A stretch of 64,000 nt of DNA, taken from an uncultured Rhodospirillaceae bacterium (lineage in GTDB: Bacteria; Pseudomonadota; Alphaproteobacteria; Dongiales; Dongiaceae). Positions 1-10,034 of this stretch are shown here, piece after piece (within the stretch, counting starts at the first letter, position 1; every line of letters starts with the position of its first letter). Location: contig CAYJQC010000024.1 in NCBI GenBank assembly GCA_964372215.1, positions 2,779 through 66,778 of the forward strand, given 5' to 3'. A model generated the notes under the pieces. The model was not told the origin of the DNA, searched no databases, and saw nothing but the letters and a program-made list of their open reading frames with translations. Position numbers and translations under genes: made by a program.

Positions 1-230
1 AGGTCCGGGCCGCGGCGCTGTGGCTGGTCCATGGCGCCTCGCTGGCGCGCCTGCTGACCGCCCATGGCCGCGGCGAGCATGCCGAGCACCTGCGGGCGGC
101 GCTCGACGAGGCCGCGAAGATCCTGGCCGCCGATCTCGACCCCGGCACCTTCTCGGAAGCGATGTGCTGGGCCGCCGACCAGGTCTGGCATTCCGACAGC
201 TCGGCGAACGCCTCGCGCCTGAAGCAGTAG
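1..230 (+). CDS. C-terminal end of an unidentified protein (gene starts upstream of window)
   Basis: Frame open from base 3 to TAG 228-230. Almost every codon ends in G/C, the codon signature of real genes in this DNA. Converges on pheT. No motif recognised. Confidence 0.45.
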   Translation, partial: VRAAALWLVHGASLARLLTAHGRGEHAEHLRAALDEAAKILAADLDPGTFSEAMCWAADQVWHSDSSANASRLKQ

Positions 231-243
231 GCCGGCGCCGCGC

Positions 244-2652
244 TCAGCTCCGCAGCGTTCCGCCAGTCGCCTTCACCACCGCCGCGACGATCTTGTTGCA
301 GGCCGCCTCGATCTCCTGATCGGTCAGGGTGCGCTCGGTCGGCTGCAGAGTGACGCTGATCGCCAGCGACTTCTTCCCCGCGCCCAGGTTGGCGCCTTCA
401 TAGACGTCGAACAGCCCGACCGTGGCGACCAGGGTCTTGTCGGCGCCCTTCGCGGCGCGGACCAGCTTCTCCGCCGGCACGCTCACGTCGACCACGAAGG
501 CGAAGTCGCGCTCCACCGCCTGGAACGGCGAGGCGGCGAGCGGCGGCCGCGCCGCGCCGCCATCCTTCTTCGCCTTTGGCTGCGGCACCCGGTCGAGGAA
601 CAGCTCGAAGGCCACCGCCGGGCCCTTGACGTCGAGCCGCCGCAAGACGCCCGGATGCAGCTCGCCGAACTGGGCGATGACGTTGGGGCCGAGGCGAAGC
701 ACGCCGGAACGACCCGGGTGGAACCAGGCCGGCGCGTCCGCCGTGACCTGGAGATTGTCGACCGGCGCGCCGAGGGCGGCGAGCAGCGCCAGCGCGTCGC
801 CCTTGGCGTCGAAGGCGTCGAGCGGCCGCGGCCGTGTCGACCAGTGGCGCGGGCCGCTCTGGCCGGTGCGGAGCCCCGTCGCCATCAGCGACTGGCCCGC
901 GGCGGTATCGTCGGCGTATTGCGGCCCGACCTCGAACAGTCCCTGGTCGGCGAAGCCGCGGTCGGCATTGCGCCCCGCCGCCGCCAGCAGGTTGGGCAGG
1001 ATCGAGGGCCGCATCACGTCGAGCTCGGCGCTGATCGGATTGGCCAGGGCGAGGCGGCCGTTGCCGCCGCCGAACAGCCCGGCGACGCGGCCGTCGGTGA
1101 AGGAATAGGTGACGGCCTCCAGAAGCCCGCGCGACGCCAGCAGGCGCTTCGCCGTTCCCGCGCGGCGCTGCGCCGGGGTGATCGCCGGTTCGGGCAAGGC
1201 GGACATCGGCGGCAGCGGGACGGCCGGCACGTTGTCGTAGCCGGCGACCCGCACCACCTCCTCCACCAGGTCGGGCTCGCCCTCGACATCGGCGCGCCAG
1301 GACGGCACGTGAACGTCGAGGCGGCCGTCGACGTTGTCGACGGTGAAGCCGAGCGCGGCGAGGATCCGCGCGGAGTCGGCGGTCGGCAGGTCGAGTCCGC
1401 CCAGGCCCATCACCCGCTCGGGCCTGAGGGTGAGCTTGCGCTCCCAGCCCGGCAGCTCGCCAGCCATCACGATGTTGCTCGCCGCGCCGCCGCACAATTC
1501 CAGCACCAGGCGCGCCGCCACCTCGGCGCCCCACAGGGCCGAGGTCGGGTCGAGCCCGCGCTCGAAGCGGTAGCGCGCATCGCTCTCGATGCCGAGCTTG
1601 CGGCCCGTGGTGGCGACCCGGATCGGATCGAACAGCGCGACCTCGAGGAACATGTTGGTGGTACCGGCGGTGCAGCCGCTGAGCTCGCCGCCCATGATGC
1701 CGCCGATGCCCTGGGGGCTGGCCTCGTCGGCGATCACCACCATGGACGGATCGAGGCGGTAGCTCTTGCCGTCGAGCGCCAGAATCTCCTCGCCGTCACG
1801 CGCGAAGCGCATGGTCAAATCGCCCCTGAGTTTGTCGGCGTCGAACACGTGCAAGGGGCGGCCGAGGTCGTAGGTGACGTAGTTGGTGATGTCGACCAGC
1901 GCCGAGATCGGCCTGAGGCCGATGGCGACCAGGCGCTCCTGAAGCCATTTCGGGCTCGCCCCGTTCTTCAGGCCGCGGAAATAGCGGCCGACCACCAGCG
2001 GACAGGCGTGCGAGTCCGCCTCGGGCAGGTCGCGGCGCCACTTGACCGGGCTGTCGAACGTGCCGGCGACCGGGTCCAGCTTGGCCGGCTTCAGCGTGCC
2101 GACGCCGGCCGCCGCCAGGTCGCGCGCCACCCCGCGCACGCCGAGGCAATCGGCACGGTCGGGGGTGATGGCGATGTCGATCACGGGATCGTCGAGTCCC
2201 ATCAGCTTGGCGAAGCTTTCGCCGACGGTTGCATCCTCGGGCAGCTCGATGATGCCCTCATGCTCGTCGCTCAATCCCATCTCGCGCGCCGAGCACAGCA
2301 TGCCCATCGATTCGACGCCGCGGATGACGCCCTTCTTGAGGTCGAGGGCGGTGCCGGGGATGTGGCTGCCCACGGGGGCGAACACGCCCTTCATGCCGGT
2401 GCGCGCGTTGGGCGCGCCGCACACCACCTGCAGCTTCTCGCTGCCGGTATCGACGGTGCAGACCCGCAGGCGATCGGCGTTGGGATGCGGCTTGGCCTCG
2501 ACCACGTAGCCGACGACGAACGGCGCCAGCTTCTGTGCCGGGTCGGCGATGCCTTCGACCTCGAGGCCGAGGGCGGTCAGCCGCACGGCGATCTCGCCGA
2601 CGCTGGCATCGGTCTCCAGATGGTCCTTCAGCCAGGACAGGGTGAACTTCAT
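244..2652 (-). CDS. pheT: phenylalanine--tRNA ligase beta subunit
   Basis: 802-aa frame from ATG 2652 ([15 protein letters not shown]...), with full-length PheT-like sequence. ATGA overlap with the pheS stop. The 1283-aa track ORF is this gene plus upstream read-through. Confidence 0.95.
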   Translation of the reverse strand: MKFTLSWLKDHLETDASVGEIAVRLTALGLEVEGIADPAQKLAPFVVGYVVEAKPHPNADRLRVCTVDTGSEKLQVVCGAPNARTGMKGVFAPVGSHIPGTALDLKKGVIRGVESMGMLCSAREMGLSDEHEGIIELPEDATVGESFAKLMGLDDPVIDIAITPDRADCLGVRGVARDLAAAGVGTLKPAKLDPVAGTFDSPVKWRRDLPEADSHACPLVVGRYFRGLKNGASPKWLQERLVAIGLRPISALVDITNYVTYDLGRPLHVFDADKLRGDLTMRFARDGEEILALDGKSYRLDPSMVVIADEASPQGIGGIMGGELSGCTAGTTNMFLEVALFDPIRVATTGRKLGIESDARYRFERGLDPTSALWGAEVAARLVLELCGGAASNIVMAGELPGWERKLTLRPERVMGLGGLDLPTADSARILAALGFTVDNVDGRLDVHVPSWRADVEGEPDLVEEVVRVAGYDNVPAVPLPPMSALPEPAITPAQRRAGTAKRLLASRGLLEAVTYSFTDGRVAGLFGGGNGRLALANPISAELDVMRPSILPNLLAAAGRNADRGFADQGLFEVGPQYADDTAAGQSLMATGLRTGQSGPRHWSTRPRPLDAFDAKGDALALLAALGAPVDNLQVTADAPAWFHPGRSGVLRLGPNVIAQFGELHPGVLRRLDVKGPAVAFELFLDRVPQPKAKKDGGAARPPLAASPFQAVERDFAFVVDVSVPAEKLVRAAKGADKTLVATVGLFDVYEGANLGAGKKSLAISVTLQPTERTLTDQEIEAACNKIVAAVVKATGGTLRS

Positions 2653-3788
2653 CGGGTCAACCCTCCCGTCATGCTCGGCATGTCCAGGGGCAGGAAGCCG
2701 TAGTGGTGCAGCCAGCGCAGGTCGGCTTCGAAGAAGGTCCTGAGATCGGGGATGCCGTATTTCAGCATGGCGATGCGCTCGATCCCCATGCCGAAGGCGA
2801 AGCCCTGGTAGCGCGCGGGATCGATGTCGCACATGGCGAGCACCTTCGGATGCACCATGCCGCAGCCCAGGATCTCCAGCCAGTCGCCGCCGGCGCCGAT
2901 CTTCAATTCGCCGCCCTTGCGGGAACAGCCGATATCGACTTCCGCCGACGGTTCGGTGAACGGGAAGAAGCTCGGGCGGAAGCGCACCGGCAGGTCGGCG
3001 ACGCCGAAGAAGGCGCGGCAGAACTCGATCAGGCAGCCCTTGAGATGCCCCATATGGGTGGCCTCGTCGATCACCAGCCCCTCGACCTGGTGGAACATGG
3101 GCGTGTGCGTCATGTCGAAATCGCAGCGATAGGTGCGGCCCGGCGCGATGATGCGCAGCGGCGGGCGCGATTTCTGCATGGCGCGGATCTGCACCGGCGA
3201 AGTGTGGGTCCTCAGCAGCTTGCCGACCCTTGCTCCGGCGGAACCGCCGGCCGCCCCTCCAACCCCGGCGATTCCGCCGGATTGGAGTTCGCCGTCGCCC
3301 CCGGCGGCCAGATAGAACGTGTCGTGCATCTGCCGCGCCGGATGCTCGGGCGGAATGTTGAGGGCCGTGAAGTTGTGGAAGTCGTCCTCGATGTCGGGGC
3401 CCTCGGCGACCTTGAAGCCCATCTCGCCGAAGATCGCGACGATCTCGTCGACAGTCTGGCTGATCGGGTGCAGCCGCCCTTGCGCCTCGGGCCGCGCCGG
3501 CAGGGTCACGTCGACCCGCTCGGTGGCGAGCTTCCGCTCCAGCTCGGCCTCGGCCAGCGCGCCCTTGCGCGCCTCGATCGCCGCGGCGACTGCGTCCTTG
3601 ACCTCGTTCATGCGGGCGCCCTGCTCGCGCCGCTCGTCGGGGGAAAGCGCCCCCAGGCCCTTCATGAGCTGGGAGATCTCGCCCTTCTTGCCGAGCGCCT
3701 CGACCCGCACCTGCTCGAGCGCGGCGATGTCGCCGGACGCGGCGGTGGCGTCGAGCCACTTGGCCTTGATGCTGTTCAGATCCTGCAT
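2649..3788 (-). CDS. pheS: phenylalanine--tRNA ligase alpha subunit
   Basis: 379 aa with class II aaRS core ([34 protein letters not shown]). Directly upstream of, and overlapping, pheT. Confidence 0.95.
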   Translation of the reverse strand: MQDLNSIKAKWLDATAASGDIAALEQVRVEALGKKGEISQLMKGLGALSPDERREQGARMNEVKDAVAAAIEARKGALAEAELERKLATERVDVTLPARPEAQGRLHPISQTVDEIVAIFGEMGFKVAEGPDIEDDFHNFTALNIPPEHPARQMHDTFYLAAGGDGELQSGGIAGVGGAAGGSAGARVGKLLRTHTSPVQIRAMQKSRPPLRIIAPGRTYRCDFDMTHTPMFHQVEGLVIDEATHMGHLKGCLIEFCRAFFGVADLPVRFRPSFFPFTEPSAEVDIGCSRKGGELKIGAGGDWLEILGCGMVHPKVLAMCDIDPARYQGFAFGMGIERIAMLKYGIPDLRTFFEADLRWLHHYGFLPLDMPSMTGGLTR

Positions 3789-3834
3789 GTCCTGGTCCGC
3801 CGGAAAGATCGAAAGGGGGATCGTCGAAACGCGA

Positions 3835-3861
3835 AAGGGGCCGATCCGCCGTCGGCCCCTT
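3835..3861 (-). terminator. GC-rich hairpin between the lipoprotein gene and pheS (possible terminator or attenuator)
   Basis: AAGGGGCCGA, 7-nt loop, TCGGCCCCTT gives a perfect 10-bp stem. On the minus strand it is followed by TCGCGTTTCG, only a weak U-tract. Confidence 0.35.
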
Positions 3862-4199
3862 CCTGTCCTGGTCCCGTCCGGCGCGGCTAGATGCGCGCCT
3901 GGGCGGGCAATCGCTGGAAAGCGTGCCGCGGCGAGATGTCGGACCCGCTGCTAAATCGAAGGTCGGCGCGATCGTCCATGGAAACGGCTGGGCCCCTCGG
4001 AAAATGCGCGGCGGAGTATAGGAGCGGCCCGGCGAAACGGTCAACGGGCTGCCTGAGCAGGAGGCTACCGAGCTTTTCCTCGAAGTCACGGTCACCAGTA
4101 TCCCGTAGGAGACCGGCGGTTAGTACTCAGGCGGCCCGCAATGCCCATGCCAGGAGAATGCAAGTCCTGGGGGACGTTGCCTGCAGCAGGAAACGGCCG

Positions 4200-4595
4200 C
4201 TACTCCAGCTGCATCAGCAGCAGGTTGAGCATGCCGGAGACCAGGCCCTGGGGCTCGCCGTCGACCAGCACGCGCTCGAGCGCCACCTTCCTGGTCTGGC
4301 GGTTGTTGAGATATTCCAGCACCACGACGCGCTTGGCGCCGGCGCCGGTGGTCTTCTCGATGGTCGCGGTGACCAGCACGATGTCCGGATTGTCCTTGTA
4401 GGCGTCCGCCTTGCCGGCGCTCCATTCCACCTTGCCGCGGGCGCCCGCGAGCTGGTTGGCGAACGCCTCGTTGCTGCCGCCGGGCGTGGTCTCGGCCGCC
4501 TTCACCGCGGCAATGTCGTCCTCGTAGCTGTCGCAGGCAGCCAGAAATCCGGCCGCCAGGAGCACGATCGTCAGAACGCTGAACAAGCGGCGCAT
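4200..4595 (-). CDS. small lipoprotein, unknown function
   Basis: Internal ATG 4595 gives MRRLFSVLTIVLLAAGFLAAC, a signal peptide plus lipobox (LAAC). The longer track ORF (to 4775) runs through a repeat element. Confidence 0.7.
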   Translation of the reverse strand: MRRLFSVLTIVLLAAGFLAACDSYEDDIAAVKAAETTPGGSNEAFANQLAGARGKVEWSAGKADAYKDNPDIVLVTATIEKTTGAGAKRVVVLEYLNNRQTRKVALERVLVDGEPQGLVSGMLNLLLMQLE

Positions 4596-4645
4596 CGTTG
4601 GTCCTCTATCTTCTTGCTGCGGCCAGGGCATTGGACGAGCGTCCT

Positions 4646-4760
4646 GCGTGCTTCGAGACGGGCGCTGACGCGCCCTCCTCAGCATGAGGCCGTTCTGTAT
4701 GCCACAAAGATTCGACCTCATCCTGAGGAGCACGCCGAAGGCGTGCGTCTCGAAGAACGC
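4646..4760. repeat. nested palindromic (REP/MITE-like) intergenic element
   Basis: Outer arms are CTTCGAGACG (4651-4660) and CGTCTCGAAG (4746-4755). Inner arms are CTCCTCAGCATGAGG (4675-4689) and CCTCATCCTGAGGAG (4716-4730), matching 14/15. Two small internal hairpins are present: GGCGC-tgac-GCGCC and CACGCC-gaa-GGCGTG. Confidence 0.7.
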
Positions 4761-4861
4761 ACCATCGTCGTGCAACGTGTTCTCGAAACGCCGCGAGGCG
4801 GCGTGGAATGCACGCCGCCTCGGCTAAACAGGCTCGACAGACCAAATCCGCAGGAGCGACC

Positions 4862-5224
4862 TCAGCCCTTGGCCAGGGCGCCCTTCACCTGCTCGCAGAT
4901 GGCCTTGAAGGCCGCCGGCTCGCGGGCGGCGATGTCGGCCAGGACCTTGCGGTCCATCTCGATGCCGGCCCGCTTCATGCCGCCGATGAACTGCGAATAG
5001 GTAAGGCCGTGCAGGCGCACGCCGGCATTGATGCGCTGGATCCACAGGCCGCGGAACTCGCGCTTCTTGTTGCGGCGGTCGCGATAGGCATATTGCAGCC
5101 CCTTCTCGACCCGCTCGACGGCGATGCGGAAATTGGTCGAGGCCCGGCCGCGGTAGCCGGCGGCCATGTCGACGATCTTCTTGTGACGGGCGTGGGTGGT
5201 GACGCCCCGCTTGACGCGTGCCAT
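4862..5224 (-). CDS. rplT: 50S ribosomal protein L20
   Basis: 120 aa, [18 protein letters not shown]...[13 protein letters not shown], unmistakable L20. Confidence 0.97.
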   Translation of the reverse strand: MARVKRGVTTHARHKKIVDMAAGYRGRASTNFRIAVERVEKGLQYAYRDRRNKKREFRGLWIQRINAGVRLHGLTYSQFIGGMKRAGIEMDRKVLADIAAREPAAFKAICEQVKGALAKG

Positions 5225-5236
5225 GGGGTGCCTCCT

Positions 5237-5440
5237 CTAGAGCCCGTTGGGAAGGAAGAACTTCTTGACGATCTTGGAGTCGGCCTCGGCCATGATCTCC
5301 ATGCCGCGGGCCTGGCGCTTCATCTTCTGGGGCCGGTTGATGAGGCCGTGGTTCTTGCGCGACGGCTTCATCTTGACCTTGCCCGAAGCGGTCAGGCGGA
5401 ATCGCTTCTTGGCCCCGCTCTTGGTCTTCATCTTGGGCAT
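5237..5440 (-). CDS. rpmI: 50S ribosomal protein L35
   Basis: 67 aa, [23 protein letters not shown]..., typical L35. Lies 12 nt upstream of rplT. Confidence 0.96.
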   Translation of the reverse strand: MPKMKTKSGAKKRFRLTASGKVKMKPSRKNHGLINRPQKMKRQARGMEIMAEADSKIVKKFFLPNGL

Positions 5441-5530
5441 TTTCTGGTTTCCTTAGAAGGGGTTGGCTTTCGCCTGACGGAGCGGTTGGGCATGCCCTTG
5501 TATGGCCGTGGCCGCTCGATTGGAGCGCGG
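5441..5530 (-). promoter_or_regulatory. structured 5' leader of rpmI-rplT (candidate L20 autoregulatory leader)
   Basis: In mRNA sense, two copies of CGCTCC (plus-strand GGAGCG at 5522-5527 and 5479-5484) flank one GAGCGG (plus-strand CCGCTC 5512-5517). This allows mutually exclusive hairpins. GGGCATGCCC palindrome at 5488-5497. Confidence 0.3.
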
Positions 5531-5559
5531 TTTATACAGAGGGCATGGGCGAAACGCAA
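5531..5559 (-). promoter_or_regulatory. sigma70-type promoter for rpmI-rplT
   Basis: Minus strand reads TTGCGT (5559-5554), a 17-nt spacer, then TATAAA (5536-5531). It sits about 90 nt upstream of the rpmI ATG. Confidence 0.45.
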
Positions 5560-5602
5560 GCCGGCCCAGGGCGTTGGCCGCGCCGCGCCCGACGCGCCCG
5601 AT

Positions 5603-6007
5603 CTAGAACCAGGACCAGACCCAGGACCACAGCCAAGCGAGGCCGATCAGGACCCAGAACGCCGGCGAGATCGCCAAGGCTACCAGGCCCGAGATGCCGC
5701 CGATGGCGGCCAGGCCGAACTGGCCGCGGAACAGCGCGGCGAGGCCGAACAGCAGCCCGAGCGGCCCCAGCACCAAGGGGTCCGTGAACAGCGCCGCGAC
5801 CCCGAACACCGCGGCCAGGCCGCCGAGGACCGGGATCCCGCGAGCCCGCGTCCCCAGGGCCTCGACGCCGAGGCTGAGGTTGAACCCCGCGTCCGCCGCC
5901 GGGACGGGGGGTGCGGATGCGGCCTCCGCCGGCGGCAACTGCGCTGCCACCGGCGGCAGGGCCGGAAGGCTGTCGGTTCGGGACGGGACCTCGGTCATGA
6001 CGGGCAT
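5603..6007 (-). CDS. small membrane protein with Trp-rich C-terminus, unknown function
   Basis: 134 aa with strong GC3 bias. Pro/Ala-rich N-terminus, then hydrophobic segments, ending LAWLWSWVWSWF. Lies between infC and rpmI. Confidence 0.6.
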   Translation of the reverse strand: MPVMTEVPSRTDSLPALPPVAAQLPPAEAASAPPVPAADAGFNLSLGVEALGTRARGIPVLGGLAAVFGVAALFTDPLVLGPLGLLFGLAALFRGQFGLAAIGGISGLVALAISPAFWVLIGLAWLWSWVWSWF

Positions 6008-6104
6008 CCTTCCGTCGATTCTCGCCGATTGGCGACCGGCCCCATCCCTGCCGGCCTGCGTGTCTCGATCGCTCAGCCCGGGTCGCCCGAGCCCGGGGCC
6101 GGCG

Positions 6105-6641
6105 CTATTTCGGCGCCAGCACCATGATCATCTGGCGGCCTTCGAGGCGCGGCATCTGCTCGACCTTGGCGAGCTCCTCGAGCTCGTCGCGCACCCGCTC
6201 CAGCACCTTGAGGCCGAGTTCCTGGTGGACCATCTCGCGGCCGCGGAAGCGCATGGTGACCTTGACCTTGTCGCCTTCCTCGAGGAAGCGGTGCACCGCG
6301 CGCATCTTCACATCGTAGTCGTGCTCGTCGATGCTCGGGCGCAGCTTGATCTCCTTGACCTCGATCACCTTCTGCTTCTTGCGCGCCTCGTTCTTCTTTT
6401 TCTGGATCTCGTACTTGTACTTCCCGAAATCGAGAATCTTGCAGACCGGCGGCTCGGCGTTGGGCGAGATCTCGACCAGGTCGAGCCCGACCTCGACGGC
6501 CCGGTTCAGTGCTTCTCGAATGGAAAGGACCCCGAGCATCTCGCCGTTCTCGTCGACGACGCGCACGCTCGGTACGTTGATCTGGCTGTTGACCCGCGGC
6601 CCGTCGCGTGACGGGGCGGCATCCATCGGTGGCCTGGCTAT
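6105..6641 (-). CDS. infC: translation initiation factor IF-3 (non-canonical ATA start proposed)
   Basis: IF-3 sequence ([18 protein letters not shown]...[11 protein letters not shown]). AGGAG (6654-6650) lies 8 nt upstream of an in-frame ATA (6641-6639) and 23 nt from the first ATG (6626). In-frame TAA at 6665-6663. Confidence 0.9.
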   Translation of the reverse strand: MARPPMDAAPSRDGPRVNSQINVPSVRVVDENGEMLGVLSIREALNRAVEVGLDLVEISPNAEPPVCKILDFGKYKYEIQKKKNEARKKQKVIEVKEIKLRPSIDEHDYDVKMRAVHRFLEEGDKVKVTMRFRGREMVHQELGLKVLERVRDELEELAKVEQMPRLEGRQMIMVLAPK

Positions 6642-6729
6642 AGAACAGTCTCCTGTCTCTGGTTATACGTCATGGTGAGGCGCCCGCGCGCCGGTCCGAC
6701 TATGCGGACGCCGGCACAAACGAGCCCTC

Positions 6730-8676
6730 TCAGCTCGCCGGCGGGGCTGCCTCCCGGCGAAGTCTAGTAACTGCCTCATCCAGCGCAAGGACTTCTTGGT
6801 CCTTGCCGCCCAGGCGGCGCAGGGCGACGCTGCGGGTTTCGGCCTCGCGCTTGCCGATGACCAGCATGGCCGGCACCTTGGCGTGGCTGTGCTCGCGCAC
6901 CTTGTAGTTGATCTTCTCGTTCCTGAGGTCGATCTCCGCGCGCAGGCCGGCGGCGTCGAGTGCGGCCTTGACCTCGGCCGCGAAGCCGTCGCCGTCGCTG
7001 GTGATGGTGGCGACCACCACCTGGACCGGCGCCAGCCAGAGCGGGAAGCGGCCGGCGTAATGCTCGATCAGCACCGCGATGAAGCGTTCCATGGAGCCGA
7101 AGATCGCCCGGTGCAGCATGACCGGGCGGTGCTTGGCCCCGTCCTCGCCGATATATGAGGCGTCGAGCCGCTCGGGCAGCACGAAATCGACCTGCAGCGT
7201 GCCGCATTGCCAGTCCCGGCCGATGGCGTCGCGCAGCACGAACTCGAGCTTCGGACCGTAGAACGCGCCCTCGCCGGGATTGAGGGTCACATCGAGGCCG
7301 GCCGCGGCCACCGCGTCCTTGAGCGACGCCTCGGCCTTGTCCCAGATCGCGTCGCTGCCGGCCCGCGTCGCCGGCCGGTCGGAGAACTTCACGATCACCT
7401 GGTCGAAGCCGAAATCCCGGTAGATCGCCAGCAGCAGGTCGCAGAACGCCGTGCTCTCCGCGGTGATCTGTTCCTCGGTGCAGAAGATATGGGCGTCGTC
7501 CTGGGTGAAGGCGCGCACCCGCATGATGCCGTGCAGCGCGCCGCCCGGCTCGAAGCGGTGGCACGACCCGAACTCGGCCATCCGGAGCGGCAGGTCGCGG
7601 TAGCTCTTGAGCCCCTGGTTGAAGATCTGCACGTGGCACGGGCAGTTCATCGGCTTCAGCGCGAAGATCCGGCTGTCGGGCGCGGCGACGTAGTCGCGCA
7701 GGCCCTGCTCGTTCTCCGCGATGTACATGTTCTCGCGGAACTTCTCCCAGTGGCCGGAGGCTTCCCACAGCTTGCGGTCGACCAGCTGCGGCGTCTTCAC
7801 CTCGACATAGCCGGCGCGGTCGAGCCGGCCGCGCAGATAGCTCTCCAGGGTGCGGTAGAGGGTCCAGCCCTTGGGGTGCCAGAACACCATGCCGGCGGCC
7901 TCGTCCTGCTGATGGAACAGGTCCATCTCGCGGCCGAGCCGGCGGTGGTCGCGCTTCTCGGCCTCCTCCAGCATCTGCAGGTAGGCCTTGAGCTCCTTGT
8001 CGTTCGCCCAGGCGGTGCCGTAGATCCGCTGCAGCATCTCGTTGCGCGAATCGCCGCGCCAATAGGCGCCGGCCAGCTTCATCAGCTTGAAGGCGTGGCC
8101 GAGCTTGCGGGTCGAGGGCAGGTGGGGGCCCCGGCACAGATCGATGAAGCCGCCCTGGCGGTACAGCCCGATCGGTTCGCCGACCGGGATCGCCTCGATG
8201 ATCTCGGCCTTGTAGTGCTCGCCCTGCCGCTTGAAGAACTCGATCGCCGCGGTCCGCTCCCACACCTCGCGGGTGATCGCCTCGTCGCGGTCGACGATCT
8301 CGTGCATGCGCTGCTCGATCTTCTGGAGATCGTCGGGCGTGAACGGCGTGGCGCGCGAGAAGTCGTAGTAGAAGCCGTTCTCGATCGCCGGGCCGATGGT
8401 GACCTGGGTCTCGGGATAGAGCTCCTTGACCGCCTCGGCCATCACATGCGCGGCGTCGTGCCGCAGCAGCTCGAGCGCGTCGGCATGGGTCGGGGTGACG
8501 ATCTCGACCCGGGCGTCGCGCTCGATGACCGCGGCGAGGTCCCTGACCGCACCGTCGACCTTGACGGCGAGGGCGGCCTTGGCGAGGCCGGGGCCGATGG
8601 CGGCGGCAATGTCAGCCCCACTGACGGGGCCGTCGAACTGGCGCTGATTGCCGTCCGGCAGCGTGATCGCGACCAT
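6730..8676 (-). CDS. thrS: threonine--tRNA ligase
   Basis: 648 aa from ATG 8676 ([19 protein letters not shown] domain), with class II core and anticodon-binding end. The upstream 31 codons of the track ORF look like read-through. Confidence 0.95.
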   Translation of the reverse strand: MVAITLPDGNQRQFDGPVSGADIAAAIGPGLAKAALAVKVDGAVRDLAAVIERDARVEIVTPTHADALELLRHDAAHVMAEAVKELYPETQVTIGPAIENGFYYDFSRATPFTPDDLQKIEQRMHEIVDRDEAITREVWERTAAIEFFKRQGEHYKAEIIEAIPVGEPIGLYRQGGFIDLCRGPHLPSTRKLGHAFKLMKLAGAYWRGDSRNEMLQRIYGTAWANDKELKAYLQMLEEAEKRDHRRLGREMDLFHQQDEAAGMVFWHPKGWTLYRTLESYLRGRLDRAGYVEVKTPQLVDRKLWEASGHWEKFRENMYIAENEQGLRDYVAAPDSRIFALKPMNCPCHVQIFNQGLKSYRDLPLRMAEFGSCHRFEPGGALHGIMRVRAFTQDDAHIFCTEEQITAESTAFCDLLLAIYRDFGFDQVIVKFSDRPATRAGSDAIWDKAEASLKDAVAAAGLDVTLNPGEGAFYGPKLEFVLRDAIGRDWQCGTLQVDFVLPERLDASYIGEDGAKHRPVMLHRAIFGSMERFIAVLIEHYAGRFPLWLAPVQVVVATITSDGDGFAAEVKAALDAAGLRAEIDLRNEKINYKVREHSHAKVPAMLVIGKREAETRSVALRRLGGKDQEVLALDEAVTRLRREAAPPAS

Positions 8677-8819
8677 GAGACTCCGGCAGAATTGCAGTGG
8701 ATTGCCCGGCGGGCCGGCGCGCGCACGAGGCGCGCACCCATCCGGTGCGGGCACTCTAGAGCGCCTCAAGAAGGTGTCAAGGCAAGGTTACCGCAGGGTT
8801 TACGGGGCCGGAAGCCGGT

Positions 8820-9959
8820 TCAGCCCCCGACCAGCTCGCGGTAGACCAGCAGGGTGCGCTGGCACATCGAGTCCTTGGCGAAGCGGGTCCGGACGTTGGC
8901 GATCGCCGAGGGCGCCAGCAGCTCGCGCTCGGCGACCGGCAGGCTGAGCGCCTCGTCGATCGCCTGGGCCAGCGCCGCGGCGCTGCCGAGCGGGGTCAGC
9001 CAGGCCATGCGCCCGCCGGAGAGCTGCTCGCGGGCGCCGCCGTGATCGGTCGCCACCACCGGCCGGCCGAGCGCCTGGGCCTCGGCGATGACCCGGCCGA
9101 ACGCTTCCGGGGTCGACGAGGCGGCGACCACCACATCGGCCAGCTTGTAGGCCGCCGGCATGTCCCGGCAGTCCCCGGTGAACTGCACCCGGCCCTCGAC
9201 GCCGAGCCGCCGGGCCAGCGCCTCGACCTCGCGGCGGAAGGTGCCGCGGCCTTCCTCGGGCCCGACCATCAGGCAGCGCAGCTCGCGGTGCTTGAGCAGG
9301 GCGATCGCCTCGATCAGCAGGTCGTGGCCCTTTCGCCGGGTCACCCGGCCGGGCAGCATCACGACCGGCACGCCGTCCGGAATGCGCCACTGGCGCGAGA
9401 GCTGGATCACCCGTTCCGCCGAGACCCGGTCGGGATCGAAGCGGCTGAGATCGACGCCGCGATGGATCACCCGCAGCCGCGCCTCGTCGATGCCGTAATT
9501 CTCGCGGATATGGGCGGCGATGAAGTCGGAGATGGCGATCACCCGCTCGCCCTTGGTCATCACCGCGTTGTAGCGCCGCTTCAGCCCGTTCTGCAGGCGA
9601 TAGGTGCTGTGGAACGTGGTGACGAAATGGACACCGGTGCGGCGTGCCGCGATCATCGCGCTCCACGCCGGCGCGCGGCTGCGGGCATGGACGATCTGCA
9701 CGCCGTGGCGCCGGATCAGCTTCTCGAGGCGGCCGATATTGGCGTAGACGGTATAGGGATTCTTGCTGTCGAGCGGCAGGACCTCGTGGATCGCACCGAG
9801 CCGCGTCAGCTCATGCACCAGCGATCCGCCGGCCGACGCGACGATCGCCGTGCCGCCGGCCGCCACCACCGCGCCGGCGACGTCGATGGCGCCGCGCTCG
9901 GCGCCGCCCGCGCCGAGGCGCGGCAACACCTGCAGCACCACCGGCCGGCCGGCTTTCAC
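8820..9959 (-). CDS. glycosyltransferase family 4/group 1
   Basis: N-terminal VLQVLPRLGAGGAERG and C-terminal EAFGRVIAEAQALGRPVVATDHGG motifs. I prefer GTG 9959 (GGAGA 5 nt upstream) over the track start at 10019 or ATG 10016, which would leave almost no intergenic DNA. Confidence 0.8.
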   Translation of the reverse strand: MKAGRPVVLQVLPRLGAGGAERGAIDVAGAVVAAGGTAIVASAGGSLVHELTRLGAIHEVLPLDSKNPYTVYANIGRLEKLIRRHGVQIVHARSRAPAWSAMIAARRTGVHFVTTFHSTYRLQNGLKRRYNAVMTKGERVIAISDFIAAHIRENYGIDEARLRVIHRGVDLSRFDPDRVSAERVIQLSRQWRIPDGVPVVMLPGRVTRRKGHDLLIEAIALLKHRELRCLMVGPEEGRGTFRREVEALARRLGVEGRVQFTGDCRDMPAAYKLADVVVAASSTPEAFGRVIAEAQALGRPVVATDHGGAREQLSGGRMAWLTPLGSAAALAQAIDEALSLPVAERELLAPSAIANVRTRFAKDSMCQRTLLVYRELVGG

Positions 9960-10034
9960 CGGCGTCTCCGCAATGCTAGTGCTTGCGGCGACCGCCTCAG
10001 CGACTTCGACGGCCATCACCGCGGATCCCGACCC

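Noticed and set aside
244-4095. 1283-aa ORF suggesting one giant protein
   Set aside because: Only the last 802 codons (from ATG 2652) are PheT. The upstream part is an out-of-frame shadow across pheS and its upstream region, with Arg/Gly/Pro-rich nonsense composition.
3789-4199. Phe-rich leader peptide or attenuator for pheST, as in E. coli pheM
   Set aside because: No short ORF rich in Phe codons is found on the minus strand. Only a single GC hairpin with a weak U-tract is present.
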